Shown piece by piece: positions 46,929 through 54,884 of a stretch of DNA of 64,000 bases. Positions within the stretch are counted from its first letter, which is position 1. The number at the start of each line of letters is the position of its first letter. The notes beneath the pieces are model-generated. The model saw nothing but the letters and a program-made list of their open reading frames with translations, was not told the origin of the DNA and made no database searches. The stretch comes from Gammaproteobacteria bacterium (lineage in GTDB: Bacteria > Pseudomonadota > Gammaproteobacteria > Natronospirales > REEB76), in assembly GCA_035691665.1 (NCBI GenBank), contig DASSIS010000007.1:1549-65548 (forward strand), written 5' to 3'. The position numbers were made by a program, and so were the translations under genes.

Positions 46929-48463
46929 GCCTCGCCTGCCGCCGTCCCATACAGGTCTATGCCTGTAGCGACCCCGAACCCGCCGTTGGCGCCGCCCGGG
47001 ATGATCACCCGCGCTCGCACATAGCGGCCTGTGGCCCTGAGGTCGCAGCGACCCGTCCGTGGGTTCTGGGCCGCGGCGGCGCTCACCGTATAGGTTTCGT
47101 TCTCCAGGTTCCGGGTCAGGAGCTGCACCGTCGGTGCCAGGACATAATTCCCCGCCGTCACCACCGGCCGCATGCCATCTATATAAGTGAGCCCGCCGGG
47201 GTTGGGCGAGCCTTCCGTGCTGTCGATCACCGCCGGGTCCAGGGGATTGCCCGTCAGCGTCCCGAAGGTGTTGCCCCCGTCGAAGGCTTGGAGCTGCAAG
47301 TCCCCACCCTGCCAATAGGGGTTGTCCAGGGACGGCGTGATGAGATCCAGGTCCGTGTTCACGTTATCGAGTGTGTCCAGGGTGTAACCGAAGCTCCGGG
47401 ATCCGAACACCCGGCTCACCGACTGGGAAGCCGGCGCGAACCGGTTCTCCGCGTAGTTGTAGGCGACCTGCCGGTCCGGGATGCCCGTGCTGTTACCCGC
47501 GCTGCAATAGCACCAATAGATGAGCTTGTTGATGGGATCGAGTGCGCCCACCACCCGGTCCGCGTAGGTGAGCGACACGTCGTTCAGGAAGGTCGTGTCG
47601 CACTTCCCATGGCCGATCTGCTGCACCTGGAAGCCATCCGTCATGCAGAAGCCGTCCGCCGCGATGAAATAGCTGAGGTTCCCGAGCTGCACCGGCGCGT
47701 TGGGGAAGAAGGCCCCGCGCTGCTTCTCGTAGGTGCTGAAGTCGAAGATCGCGTCGCCTCCTATATAGGTGGCCCGGGTGATGCCCCGCTGCTGGAAGAT
47801 GAGCCCGTACTCGTAGCCGTTGGCGATCTCCGTCACCGGCCCGTATACCGCGTCCAGGAACTGCTGCCCCGCCTGGTTCTCCTGGTCCGTCAGCGTCGAG
47901 AAGCCCCAATAGGTCGGGTTCCCGATGCCGCACCACTGCACCCGGTTCGGCACGTTGCCGTTGATGCCGTCTTCCGTGGCGCCGAGCATCACGAACTGGT
48001 TGAGGGTGCCGATGCATCCCGCTTTCGGCGGCGCGCCGGCGAGTGCCGCGAAGCCCGCCCCGCCCACCGGCATGGACTGCACCGCATCCGCGAAGTCCGT
48101 GGCCAGCACCAGGTTCCCGAAGCTCGGGCTCGAGAACTCCGTGAATTTCCAGTACTGCCCGTCCGCCGCCGTGTAAGGGCTCCCGCCCCCGGCCGAGAGG
48201 TTCGCGAAAGCCGTGCCGGTGTACTCCAGGAGCTGCGTCCCCGTCCCGGCGTAGATGTGCACGTTCCCGTCCGCATCCGCCATGGAAGTCGCGCCCTGCA
48301 CCCGCGCCGGCGCCGTCACCCCGAGAGAGGAGAACCCCAGCGCCGGTTGATAAGCCCCGTTCACCCACAGCACGTTCGAGGCATATGGCGAGCCTGGATT
48401 ATTAATTTCTGGTAAATCAGGTAACCACTCGCCGAATTTCAGTGCTGCTAGAAGTTTCGCCAT
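46925..48463 (-). CDS. phage tail hub / head-completion-like beta-propeller protein (P22 gp10-like position)
   Basis: 512 aa with repeated beta-strand blocks (..VHIYAGTGTQLLEY.., ..FGNLVLATDF.., ..FVMLGATEDG..); size and position. Confidence 0.4.
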   Translation of the reverse strand: MAKLLAALKFGEWLPDLPEINNPGSPYASNVLWVNGAYQPALGFSSLGVTAPARVQGATSMADADGNVHIYAGTGTQLLEYTGTAFANLSAGGGSPYTAADGQYWKFTEFSSPSFGNLVLATDFADAVQSMPVGGAGFAALAGAPPKAGCIGTLNQFVMLGATEDGINGNVPNRVQWCGIGNPTYWGFSTLTDQENQAGQQFLDAVYGPVTEIANGYEYGLIFQQRGITRATYIGGDAIFDFSTYEKQRGAFFPNAPVQLGNLSYFIAADGFCMTDGFQVQQIGHGKCDTTFLNDVSLTYADRVVGALDPINKLIYWCYCSAGNSTGIPDRQVAYNYAENRFAPASQSVSRVFGSRSFGYTLDTLDNVNTDLDLITPSLDNPYWQGGDLQLQAFDGGNTFGTLTGNPLDPAVIDSTEGSPNPGGLTYIDGMRPVVTAGNYVLAPTVQLLTRNLENETYTVSAAAAQNPRTGRCDLRATGRYVRARVIIPGGANGGFGVATGIDLYGTAAGEA

Positions 48464-48485
48464 AGCTTTGTTTATTCCCTAAACC

Positions 48486-48613
48486 CTAAAAATTAGAGAT
48501 TTTGATTCCCAGCGAGGCAAAAATGCCCGAGCAACCCGGAGCGTACTTTTGATGTACGTGAGGATTGCGAGGGCGTTTTTAACGCTGCTGGGGAGCAAAA
48601 GATCAATTTTTAG
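48486..48613 (+). repeat. near-palindromic dispersed element, copy B
   Basis: CTAAAAAT...ATTTTTAG ends; core GGAGCGTAC-ttttgat-GTACGTGAG; nearly collinear with copy A. Confidence 0.85.
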
Positions 48614-48795
48614 GGCCTGGGTTGCCGTGTTCAGGTGCATCCGGTAGCCATTCCCCGAACCTTAGTGTCGTTAAGAGTTTCGCCATGTCGCTATTGTTTG
48701 TGTCGGAAGCGATTCAGTCGCCGAGATGTCGCATTTCCCCAAGGCTCAGCTATGCTTCGCCGCGAGAGGGATATCCATGCCAAGGAGTGAGGGCG

Positions 48796-49086
48796 ATGGG
48801 GGCTTTAGTCATATCCTGCGTGAGTCGTAACGACTCACCGCATATACATACCCGTATAGAAGGTATCGGCGGCCTCTGCCCCGACACCGGCAAGCGTTGG
48901 TACCTGCCGGCGGAGGAAGCCATCGCCGGCATCCTCAACAAGACCCATGCGTTCCAGGTCGTCATCGGCAGCCGCCATGCGGACGTCGTCGTCGAACGCC
49001 ATCCTGAAGGTCGCCTCTACCTCAAGACCACCGTCGACGGCCCCCTGGAAAACAACCTGCTCCTGCGTCCCCAGTGCCCGATTTGA
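48796..49086 (+). CDS. DUF3892 domain protein (opposite-strand moron)
   Basis: HIHTRIEGIGGLCPDTGKRWYLPAEEAIAGIL..FQVVIG..ADVVV; start set at ATG 48796 behind AAGGAG. Confidence 0.55.
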   Translation: MGALVISCVSRNDSPHIHTRIEGIGGLCPDTGKRWYLPAEEAIAGILNKTHAFQVVIGSRHADVVVERHPEGRLYLKTTVDGPLENNLLLRPQCPI

Positions 49087-49180
49087 GCGCTTAGCCTTTC
49101 TCGTCATGACGTACAGGGACGTACTAATGCCGCGGGAGGCAGGATGCCGGGAGCGGCGCCCGCGTAAGCGGGTATCCAGT

Positions 49181-49798
49181 CTAAATATGAGGTTTCACCC
49201 AACCGACGCCCGTCTGATTGATGTTCTTCTCGTTCAGGTTCGCCAGAGCTTCCTTTTCCAGCTGCGTATATAAGGTGTACTGCTCCGGGTCGCGGATATA
49301 GCGCCCGTAGAGTTGCCGCGTCGCCCGGGTCCGGATCAACTCCTCCGCCGAGCCGAGCCAGGCATTCGTATCCGAATCGTTCACCAGGGGTTGGGGGCTA
49401 AGGATCGCCGTCCCCTTCACCTGCACCGGCAACCCGCCCTGGGGCGGTGGGAAGAGCCGGATCTGCCCGTTCCAGAAGGAATACTCCGTCGGATAGCCGG
49501 ACCAGAAGCCGTTGCCCCAGTCGATCTGGTCCAGATACTGCTCCGTCCGCGCCGTCAGCCGGTAGGTGTAGTTCCCGATGGTCGAGAGCACGTCCAGTAC
49601 CGCTGCGAAGTTCGTCGGCAAGATGTAATACCGCTGCCCCTGCACCGTCGTGAGTGGAGCCATCGAGGCCTCGTTGAACCAGAAGGCCTTGTTCCCGTAG
49701 AAGGTGATGGCGTTGTTGATCTCCCGCTTGATCTCGTCCGAGAGGTCCGAGCGCGCGAGCTCATCCGCGATGGCGGATTGCATATCTGAAAAAGCCAT
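49181..49798 (-). CDS. phage head-tail adaptor / tail tubular A-like protein
   Basis: 205 aa; size and position upstream of the tail hub-like gene; no diagnostic motif. Confidence 0.35.
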   Translation of the reverse strand: MAFSDMQSAIADELARSDLSDEIKREINNAITFYGNKAFWFNEASMAPLTTVQGQRYYILPTNFAAVLDVLSTIGNYTYRLTARTEQYLDQIDWGNGFWSGYPTEYSFWNGQIRLFPPPQGGLPVQVKGTAILSPQPLVNDSDTNAWLGSAEELIRTRATRQLYGRYIRDPEQYTLYTQLEKEALANLNEKNINQTGVGWVKPHI

Positions 49799-49877
49799 GC
49801 CTACTCCAAAAATTAACCCCAGGCTGTTACGACCCGGGGTTAATAGTTCTACCTATGAATGCCACTAGATATTAAAT

Positions 49878-50624
49878 CTAACGGTGAATGCGCTCTCGCT
49901 GACGAGCATAGATAGCACGCGCTTTATCAACACGTTTGCGCAGCTGTGGTAAACGCGTCTTTATAAATTTATCAGGCCATTTAGCATGTTGCGGTATTGC
50001 GACAAGTAGGTCTATTGAATCATCATGCCATGCCCGCAAACCAGGGCGACCAATTGCAATTCGTGCCGTACGTTCAGCCATCTTCAGTGAAGCGCGTATC
50101 TCATTCCCATCAAGGTACTGACGGGCCTGCCGCTCTGCTACATCTACCGCCAATGCAACCCGACGCGCGCTCCTCTGACCAAAGGCTCGCCGATCTAGTT
50201 GCCCATATACGTTTTCTGTCTGTGATTGAACTACATGAAGCGGGTGCATCACACGAATCGTTTTGTTTCCGACCTCAACGTTGGCGGCCCACCTCTCCAT
50301 TTCTTCTGCTCTTACCCCAAGCACTTGAGACATGAAGTCAATTTGGTAAGTTTCTCCATTGAGTTCTATAAGTACGTATGCCGAGTTCGCTGTGTGGTCG
50401 TCGATAGTAGCTATTTCCGTTCGACCACCCCACGCACGACCGGCTTCGCGCGCAAGTGACGCATCACCGAAGAAATCTATGTCTTCGCTGACAGCAGTAG
50501 ATATCGCGGCAAGGCCAAAAGCAACGGCATGAACGTTTAAAGCCTGCCCGCCTATCAGGATCGCACCCCGCGTGCTGACTGAACGATCAAGTAGGTCAAC
50601 AACCTCAGTCAGCCCAATAGGCAT
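49878..50624 (-). CDS. nucleotidyltransferase-fold protein (AbiEii/MenT/MNT-like toxin candidate)
   Basis: ILIGGQALNVHAVAFGL..STAVSEDIDFFGD resembles the GG..(n)..DxD minimal NTase motif; low GC; follows an XRE gene by 13 nt. Confidence 0.45.
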   Translation of the reverse strand: MPIGLTEVVDLLDRSVSTRGAILIGGQALNVHAVAFGLAAISTAVSEDIDFFGDASLAREAGRAWGGRTEIATIDDHTANSAYVLIELNGETYQIDFMSQVLGVRAEEMERWAANVEVGNKTIRVMHPLHVVQSQTENVYGQLDRRAFGQRSARRVALAVDVAERQARQYLDGNEIRASLKMAERTARIAIGRPGLRAWHDDSIDLLVAIPQHAKWPDKFIKTRLPQLRKRVDKARAIYARQRERIHR

Positions 50625-50637
50625 GTGCTATATCCGC

Positions 50638-50973
50638 TTAGCCGATTGATGGGACCCTTACCTTGACATTCCCTGGCACAAGAATAGCGTTGCGATTATG
50701 GGCCAACACTTCGGACGGTTCGTGTGAAACACCAATAGCAAGCTGGAGACCAAGCACGGCCAAGAGACTATTGAGCTTATGAAAGCTCAAGCCTTCTACT
50801 GCTTTATTCTTTTCCAGATCCACAAGCCTAGAGCGGCTAAGCCCAGCACGAGCAGCAACATCAGCTTGCCGCATCTTCAATGCCTGCCGACGTTCGCGCA
50901 CGAGCTTGCCTACTTCATAAATTGAAGATGCATAAATTACCGATTCAGCAGAGAGATTCATGACTGGCTCCAT
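50638..50973 (-). CDS. XRE-family HTH protein (antitoxin/repressor candidate)
   Basis: VGKLVRERRQALKMRQADVAARAGLSRSRLVDLEKNK classic HTH_3. Confidence 0.8.
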   Translation of the reverse strand: MEPVMNLSAESVIYASSIYEVGKLVRERRQALKMRQADVAARAGLSRSRLVDLEKNKAVEGLSFHKLNSLLAVLGLQLAIGVSHEPSEVLAHNRNAILVPGNVKVRVPSIG

Positions 50974-51030
50974 TTTGTGGAGTGTGACCAGCTCAAAAAG
51001 ACTGTGTTTAGAGTAATGTAATTAGTAGTA

Positions 51031-51052
51031 AATGTCCAATATATTAGACATT
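51031..51052. promoter_or_regulatory. 22-bp palindrome upstream of the XRE gene (operator candidate)
   Basis: AATGTC-caatatatta-GACATT in the AT-rich 50974-51053 region. Confidence 0.4.
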
Positions 51053-51053
51053 A

Positions 51054-51087
51054 AAAAAGCAACCCCCCTTGCCACTGTTAGGGGTTG
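51054..51087 (-). terminator. intrinsic terminator (minus strand)
   Basis: Minus strand reads CAACCCC-(14 nt)-GGGGTTG followed by CTTTTTT. Confidence 0.55.
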
Positions 51088-51134
51088 ATATATTACTACT
51101 GTAATTATTTACAGCCCCAGACTAAGAAGAGACA

Positions 51135-51166
51135 TTCGAGGGGCCCCTGCTTCGAGGCCCCTCGAA
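51135..51166 (-). terminator. strong hairpin after the decoration gene
   Basis: TTCGAGGGGCC-(10 nt)-GGCCCCTCGAA, perfect 11-bp stem 17 nt after the stop at 51183. Confidence 0.6.
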
Positions 51167-51182
51167 CAATTTCTCTATAGCT

Positions 51183-51644
51183 TCAAGCAAAGCTCGCATT
51201 ATCCACTTGGCACTCCACCGCCAAGCGCATCGTCCCGTTCTGCCACGTCGCAGGGTTCGCGGTGGCCTTGAACTGGATCACTGTCCCGCCCGCGTTGCCC
51301 CCGCTCGCATTGGGCGGGTTCACGAAGCCCGTGCTGGCCGTCACGTTGTTCGGCAGCACCACCCCCGTCTTGAGCTGCGCCGCCGTCACCGTGATGTATC
51401 GTCCCGCGTTCCCCGCGTCCCCCACCGTGCCCGTCAGGGTCGGCGCGGCGTTCACGTCCAGGGGATCCACGTCCAGGGTCACGTTCAGCACCTTGTAGCC
51501 GTTCGGCACCGTGACGAGCTGCACCACATCCCCGTTGGCCAGGGCCGTGGAGAGCGCCACGCTGCCGAACACCAGGAAGCTCGCCCCCCGCTCGTTGATG
51601 GGGATGGAGCCGCTCGAGACCTGAGAACTCGTATAAGTAGCCAT
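51183..51644 (-). CDS. capsid decoration/cement-like protein
   Basis: 153 aa beta-rich, directly downstream of the MCP; analogous in position and size to cement proteins of podoviruses. Confidence 0.5.
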   Translation of the reverse strand: MATYTSSQVSSGSIPINERGASFLVFGSVALSTALANGDVVQLVTVPNGYKVLNVTLDVDPLDVNAAPTLTGTVGDAGNAGRYITVTAAQLKTGVVLPNNVTASTGFVNPPNASGGNAGGTVIQFKATANPATWQNGTMRLAVECQVDNASFA

Positions 51645-51672
51645 ACTTCAAAACCTCTATGAATTGGTTGTT

Positions 51673-51801
51673 TTAAAAACGAGAGATTTTGTTCACTGGC
51701 TAGGCGCGGGCGTCCGAGGAGCCCGGAGCGTACTTTGGGTGTACGTGAGGACTCCGAGAGGCGCCCGCAACACCGCCAGGGGACAAAAGATCCGTTTTTA
51801 G
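51673..51801 (+). repeat. near-palindromic dispersed element, copy C (MCP-decoration spacer)
   Basis: TTAAAAACG...CGTTTTTAG ends; core GGAGCGTAC-tttgggt-GTACGTGAG; right end contains the MCP stop codon. Confidence 0.85.
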
Positions 51802-52850
51802 TGGGCGGCAGCGTAAGTAGAGATGACTTGAGTCCCAAAATCATTGGAGTTAAAGACTAGTTTCTTAACCCCAAATATGGAGCCCGCTGACACGCCCAAC
51901 ATGTTCCCGTAATCGAAGAGCTCCTCGGACCAGGTGAACTGATCCTTGCTCTCCTCCCGCCCGAAGGCCAGCGCCCCCGCTTGGGCCCCGGCGAACACCG
52001 CCCGGTAGGTGTTGGCGAGGGGCGCGCCCGCGTTCACGCAGGGGCTCACGCGGTAAGCCTTATGCAGGATCACCCCGTTGTACTCCCCGAGCGAACCCGT
52101 GAAGATCGGGTTGTCCGAGACCTCGCCGCCCGTCATGGCCGCCTTCTCGATGTCCAGCCACTGCCCTGCGCTCGTGGAGGTGCGCAGGTCCGTCACCTGC
52201 GAGGGGTGGATGAAGCACACGTACTTGTCCTCCCCCTTGATGCGGATCGGCCGGATCAGGTAGGGGTTGTTGAGGTAGGCCCGTTCCACCGCCGTATCGA
52301 TGAGCGAGAGCGTGAAGGTGTTGGTGTTGACCAGCGCCGCCTCGTTCGCCACACCCGTGGGCAGGATCGTGCGGGTCGGGGCCGTGGCCGCATTGTTCCC
52401 CGTGTAGCGGGTGTCGCCTTGCGCCGTGTTGCCGCAGAGCTGGTTGAAGAAGCAGAGGTCGAACCGGGCGGCCCACCAGTCCTGCAGGCCCATCCGGGCC
52501 TCCTCGCGCAGCTCGAAGGGCACCCGCTGCTGGGTCATGCGCCCACCCACGTTCACCGCATGCCGCAGCTGGTCGATCAGCAGCTTGTCCGCGTAGGTGG
52601 TGAGCGCCTCCTCCTGGCCCTCCAGCGTCCCGTCGCCCTGGATGCCGGCGCCCGCCAGCTGCGTGCGCAGCCCCACGTTCACCGTGTCGCCGGCGGATTT
52701 CTCCGCGTCGTCCAGCATGGTGATGACGTTGTTGCCGTCGTCCGAGATGAAGTTGCGGAACCAGGTCTGCTGGATCGCCTGCACCGCGAGTTTCTTCGCC
52801 CACAGCTTGACCGCAAGCGGATCGTTCACTGTAAAGTTTGTATTGGCCAC
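51798..52850 (-). CDS. major capsid protein, N4-gp56 family
   Basis: GTG start; MANTNFTVNDPLAVKLWAKKLAVQA..SAGDTVNVGLRTQLAGAGIQGDGTLEGQEEAL..LIDQLRHAV matches the N4-gp56-type MCP N-terminal pattern. Confidence 0.8.
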   Translation of the reverse strand: MANTNFTVNDPLAVKLWAKKLAVQAIQQTWFRNFISDDGNNVITMLDDAEKSAGDTVNVGLRTQLAGAGIQGDGTLEGQEEALTTYADKLLIDQLRHAVNVGGRMTQQRVPFELREEARMGLQDWWAARFDLCFFNQLCGNTAQGDTRYTGNNAATAPTRTILPTGVANEAALVNTNTFTLSLIDTAVERAYLNNPYLIRPIRIKGEDKYVCFIHPSQVTDLRTSTSAGQWLDIEKAAMTGGEVSDNPIFTGSLGEYNGVILHKAYRVSPCVNAGAPLANTYRAVFAGAQAGALAFGREESKDQFTWSEELFDYGNMLGVSAGSIFGVKKLVFNSNDFGTQVISTYAAAH

Positions 52851-52877
52851 GTATTGCTCCCGAAAGATTGCCAGTGG

Positions 52878-53003
52878 CTCGAATGGGTCTTTTGCCCTCT
52901 GGCGGCGTTGCAGGCTCCTTCGCAGTCCTCACGTACGACAAAAGTACGCTCCGGGTGCTCAGTCGCCCGCGCCTAGCCATAGGGACAAAATCCCCGATTC
53001 TTG
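52878..53003 (-). repeat. near-palindromic dispersed element, copy D (inverted orientation, MCP 5' leader)
   Basis: Plus strand reads CCTCACGTAC-gacaaaa-GTACGCTCC; reverse complement is collinear with copy C. Confidence 0.8.
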
Positions 53004-53123
53004 GCCGTGCTGAGAATAAAGATGCGGTGGAGACCGCTACTGACTAACTGACGGGTAGTTACCGGATGGCCTTTGACGGAAGGCTGTACCGAAGTTCGTC
53101 ACATGACGCCGTGACCGCGAAGA

Positions 53124-53230
53124 CAAAGAAGCCGCTCCGGTTTCCCTCAGCGGCTTTATCTGCCGGACACGCGAATCCAGCATAGGCATATTTTTCAGAA
53201 CATCACGCCGCCCGTCTAGCCCCTCCCCTG
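53124..53230. repeat. direct repeat DR1 (~107 nt)
   Basis: CAAAGAAGCCGCTCCGGTTTCCCTCAGCGGCTTT..GACACGCGAATCCAGCATAG..CATCACGCCGCCCG.CTAGCCCCTCCCCTG; about 90% matched by eye to 54321-54431. Confidence 0.85.
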
Positions 53231-53243
53231 CGGTGATGGGTCA

Positions 53244-53567
53244 TCAGACTTTAATCCGTCCCTTAGGTTGCAGGAGTTTCCGCTGGATGAAGCCGATTAA
53301 CTCGCCGATACCGCTGAAAAATATACCGTTCGCGAAGGCAACTATTGAAACAAGCTCAATGTAGTCGGCCAACGCAGCAGGGTGCGAATCATAAGGCAAC
53401 GCCATAAGACCGATGCTTGCCGGGCAAAGGAGAACAGCCCAGGCAGGTTCACTTTCCAAGCTGCCATGCGCCATCATCCAATAGACCGTACTCAAAGTGA
53501 GTGCGCCCAACACGAAGCCGATCGCGAAACAGATCAGCACTGGCTTGGGTATGTTACGTATCCCCAT
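53244..53567 (-). CDS. small 3-TM membrane protein (candidate immunity partner)
   Basis: 107 aa, three hydrophobic helices; low GC; downstream of the PPPDE-like gene. Confidence 0.5.
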   Translation of the reverse strand: MGIRNIPKPVLICFAIGFVLGALTLSTVYWMMAHGSLESEPAWAVLLCPASIGLMALPYDSHPAALADYIELVSIVAFANGIFFSGIGELIGFIQRKLLQPKGRIKV

Positions 53568-53635
53568 ATCCTCGGCGCTCCCTGATGCCTGATTCCATTA
53601 TTGCACAACAGGCTCACGCTGAATTCTGATGACTG

Positions 53636-54310
53636 TTATCGGGGATTCACAGATGATTGTTGCGTTGGATCATAGATGTTGTGCAAACCCTTGACGAAAT
53701 CGGCCGGAAACAGTGCCGACAACGAATGCGGTGTTTGCAATCCGGCGGCATTGAGCGCCCTTGCGCCAAACGTCACGCAATCCTTGAAGGGCAGATTGTA
53801 GATACCTGGACCGCTCTGGTTCAGCATGAACTGCCGGGCTTGATTTGCCTGCTCCGACGTCACGGGGATATTCACCTGATCCACCGGCTTCCGGTCCGCG
53901 GAGACCATGTCCACCTCCCCTGGCACAGCGCTACCGATCATATTGATCGCATTGAACTTGTTCGCGAGCGTTCCGGGTTCATGCCCCACCAGCGGTAGTG
54001 CGCCGAAGCCTGGGGCCGGATCAAAACCATAGAAGGGTCCACTGTTCACTGAAATCCCGATATGCCCAAATGGGTTGCCATCCTCGCCGTCGAAGTAAGC
54101 GGCCGTCAGATGGTCACCGCTCGCGGAGTCCGGTGGCTTCTGGTCTGGCGCGACTGCGGGCATGGACGGTATGGATGGTGACGTCACCGACGGCAATGGT
54201 GTCTGCAACAAGGAAGTTGCAAGACCCGGGGGAAAGAACACCGGCGGTTTCCCTAACAGCTCTTGCCCTAATCCACCAAAATAGCTCTGATTACCCACGC
54301 CACCTGCCAT
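53636..54310 (-). CDS. shared N-terminal module + Pro-rich linker + PPPDE/DeSI-like permuted papain-fold peptidase domain
   Basis: FGHIGISV..GPFYGF ... IYNLPFKDCVTFGARALNAAGLQTP parallels the DeSI pattern HTxxVV..FFFG ... [25 protein letters not shown] (His first, Cys second). Confidence 0.55.
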   Translation of the reverse strand: MAGGVGNQSYFGGLGQELLGKPPVFFPPGLATSLLQTPLPSVTSPSIPSMPAVAPDQKPPDSASGDHLTAAYFDGEDGNPFGHIGISVNSGPFYGFDPAPGFGALPLVGHEPGTLANKFNAINMIGSAVPGEVDMVSADRKPVDQVNIPVTSEQANQARQFMLNQSGPGIYNLPFKDCVTFGARALNAAGLQTPHSLSALFPADFVKGLHNIYDPTQQSSVNPR

Positions 54311-54320
54311 GTAGAACCTC

Positions 54321-54431
54321 CAAAGAAAATGCCGCTTCGGTTTCCCGCAGCGGCTTTAGATGCTGGACACGCGAATCCAGCATAGCGATATTTTTCAGGA
54401 CATCACGCCGCCCGACTAGCCCCTCCCCCTG
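54321..54431. repeat. direct repeat DR2 (~111 nt)
   Basis: Partner of DR1. On the minus strand it supplies a hairpin plus T-run, then GGAGG and the ATG of the 224-aa gene. Confidence 0.85.
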
Positions 54432-54500
54432 AGTTCAGCCGCCTTAACTGCCGCATCTCTGTCTATAATGGTGCCCAACGCCGAAACCGGGATACTCGCG

Positions 54501-54851
54501 ATGCATCTCAGCCGTCCTGCTCTGACCCTGGCTGCCCTGCTCGTCTCGGTCAGCGCCTATGCCGCGACACTGACCCCGAGCCAGGTGCTCTACAGCGCCA
54601 ACCGATACAACGGCCAGTCCGTCAATGTCGAGGGCATCGTCACCAAGCTGCAGATCAAGACCACCACCACCGGCATCGCCTACCAGACCTTCCAGCTCTG
54701 CGATGCCAGCGCCTGCTTGAGCGTCAACGCCAAGTACAACAAGGATTACGCCGAAGGCGCCGACGTCAAGGTCACGGGTTATTTCTGGATGACCAAGATC
54801 GTGGGTTACAAGACCTACCACAACGAGCTCGACATCGACGACCAAAATTGA
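54501..54851 (+). CDS. secreted small beta-rich (OB-fold-like) protein
   Basis: Signal peptide MHLSRPALTLAALLVSVSAYA; ..NGQSVNVEGIVTKL.. suggests an OB/BOF-like barrel (weak). Confidence 0.4.
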   Translation: MHLSRPALTLAALLVSVSAYAATLTPSQVLYSANRYNGQSVNVEGIVTKLQIKTTTTGIAYQTFQLCDASACLSVNAKYNKDYAEGADVKVTGYFWMTKIVGYKTYHNELDIDDQN

Positions 54852-54884
54852 TCTTTTGGTTCCCGTTCCCCGGAGATTCCAGCC

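Noticed and set aside
46929-47315. N-terminal extension of the 46602..47315 track ORF (237 aa)
   Set aside because: The extension overlaps the 3' end of the 512-aa tail gene out of frame and is Arg/Gly/Pro-rich. The ATG at 46928 gives the usual ATGA coupling.
48471-48493. CCCTAAACCCTAAA, two telomere-like CCCTAAA units
   Set aside because: There are only two units, and they are part of the terminal arm of palindromic repeat copy B (pairing with TTTAGGG at 48609-48615). No array is present.
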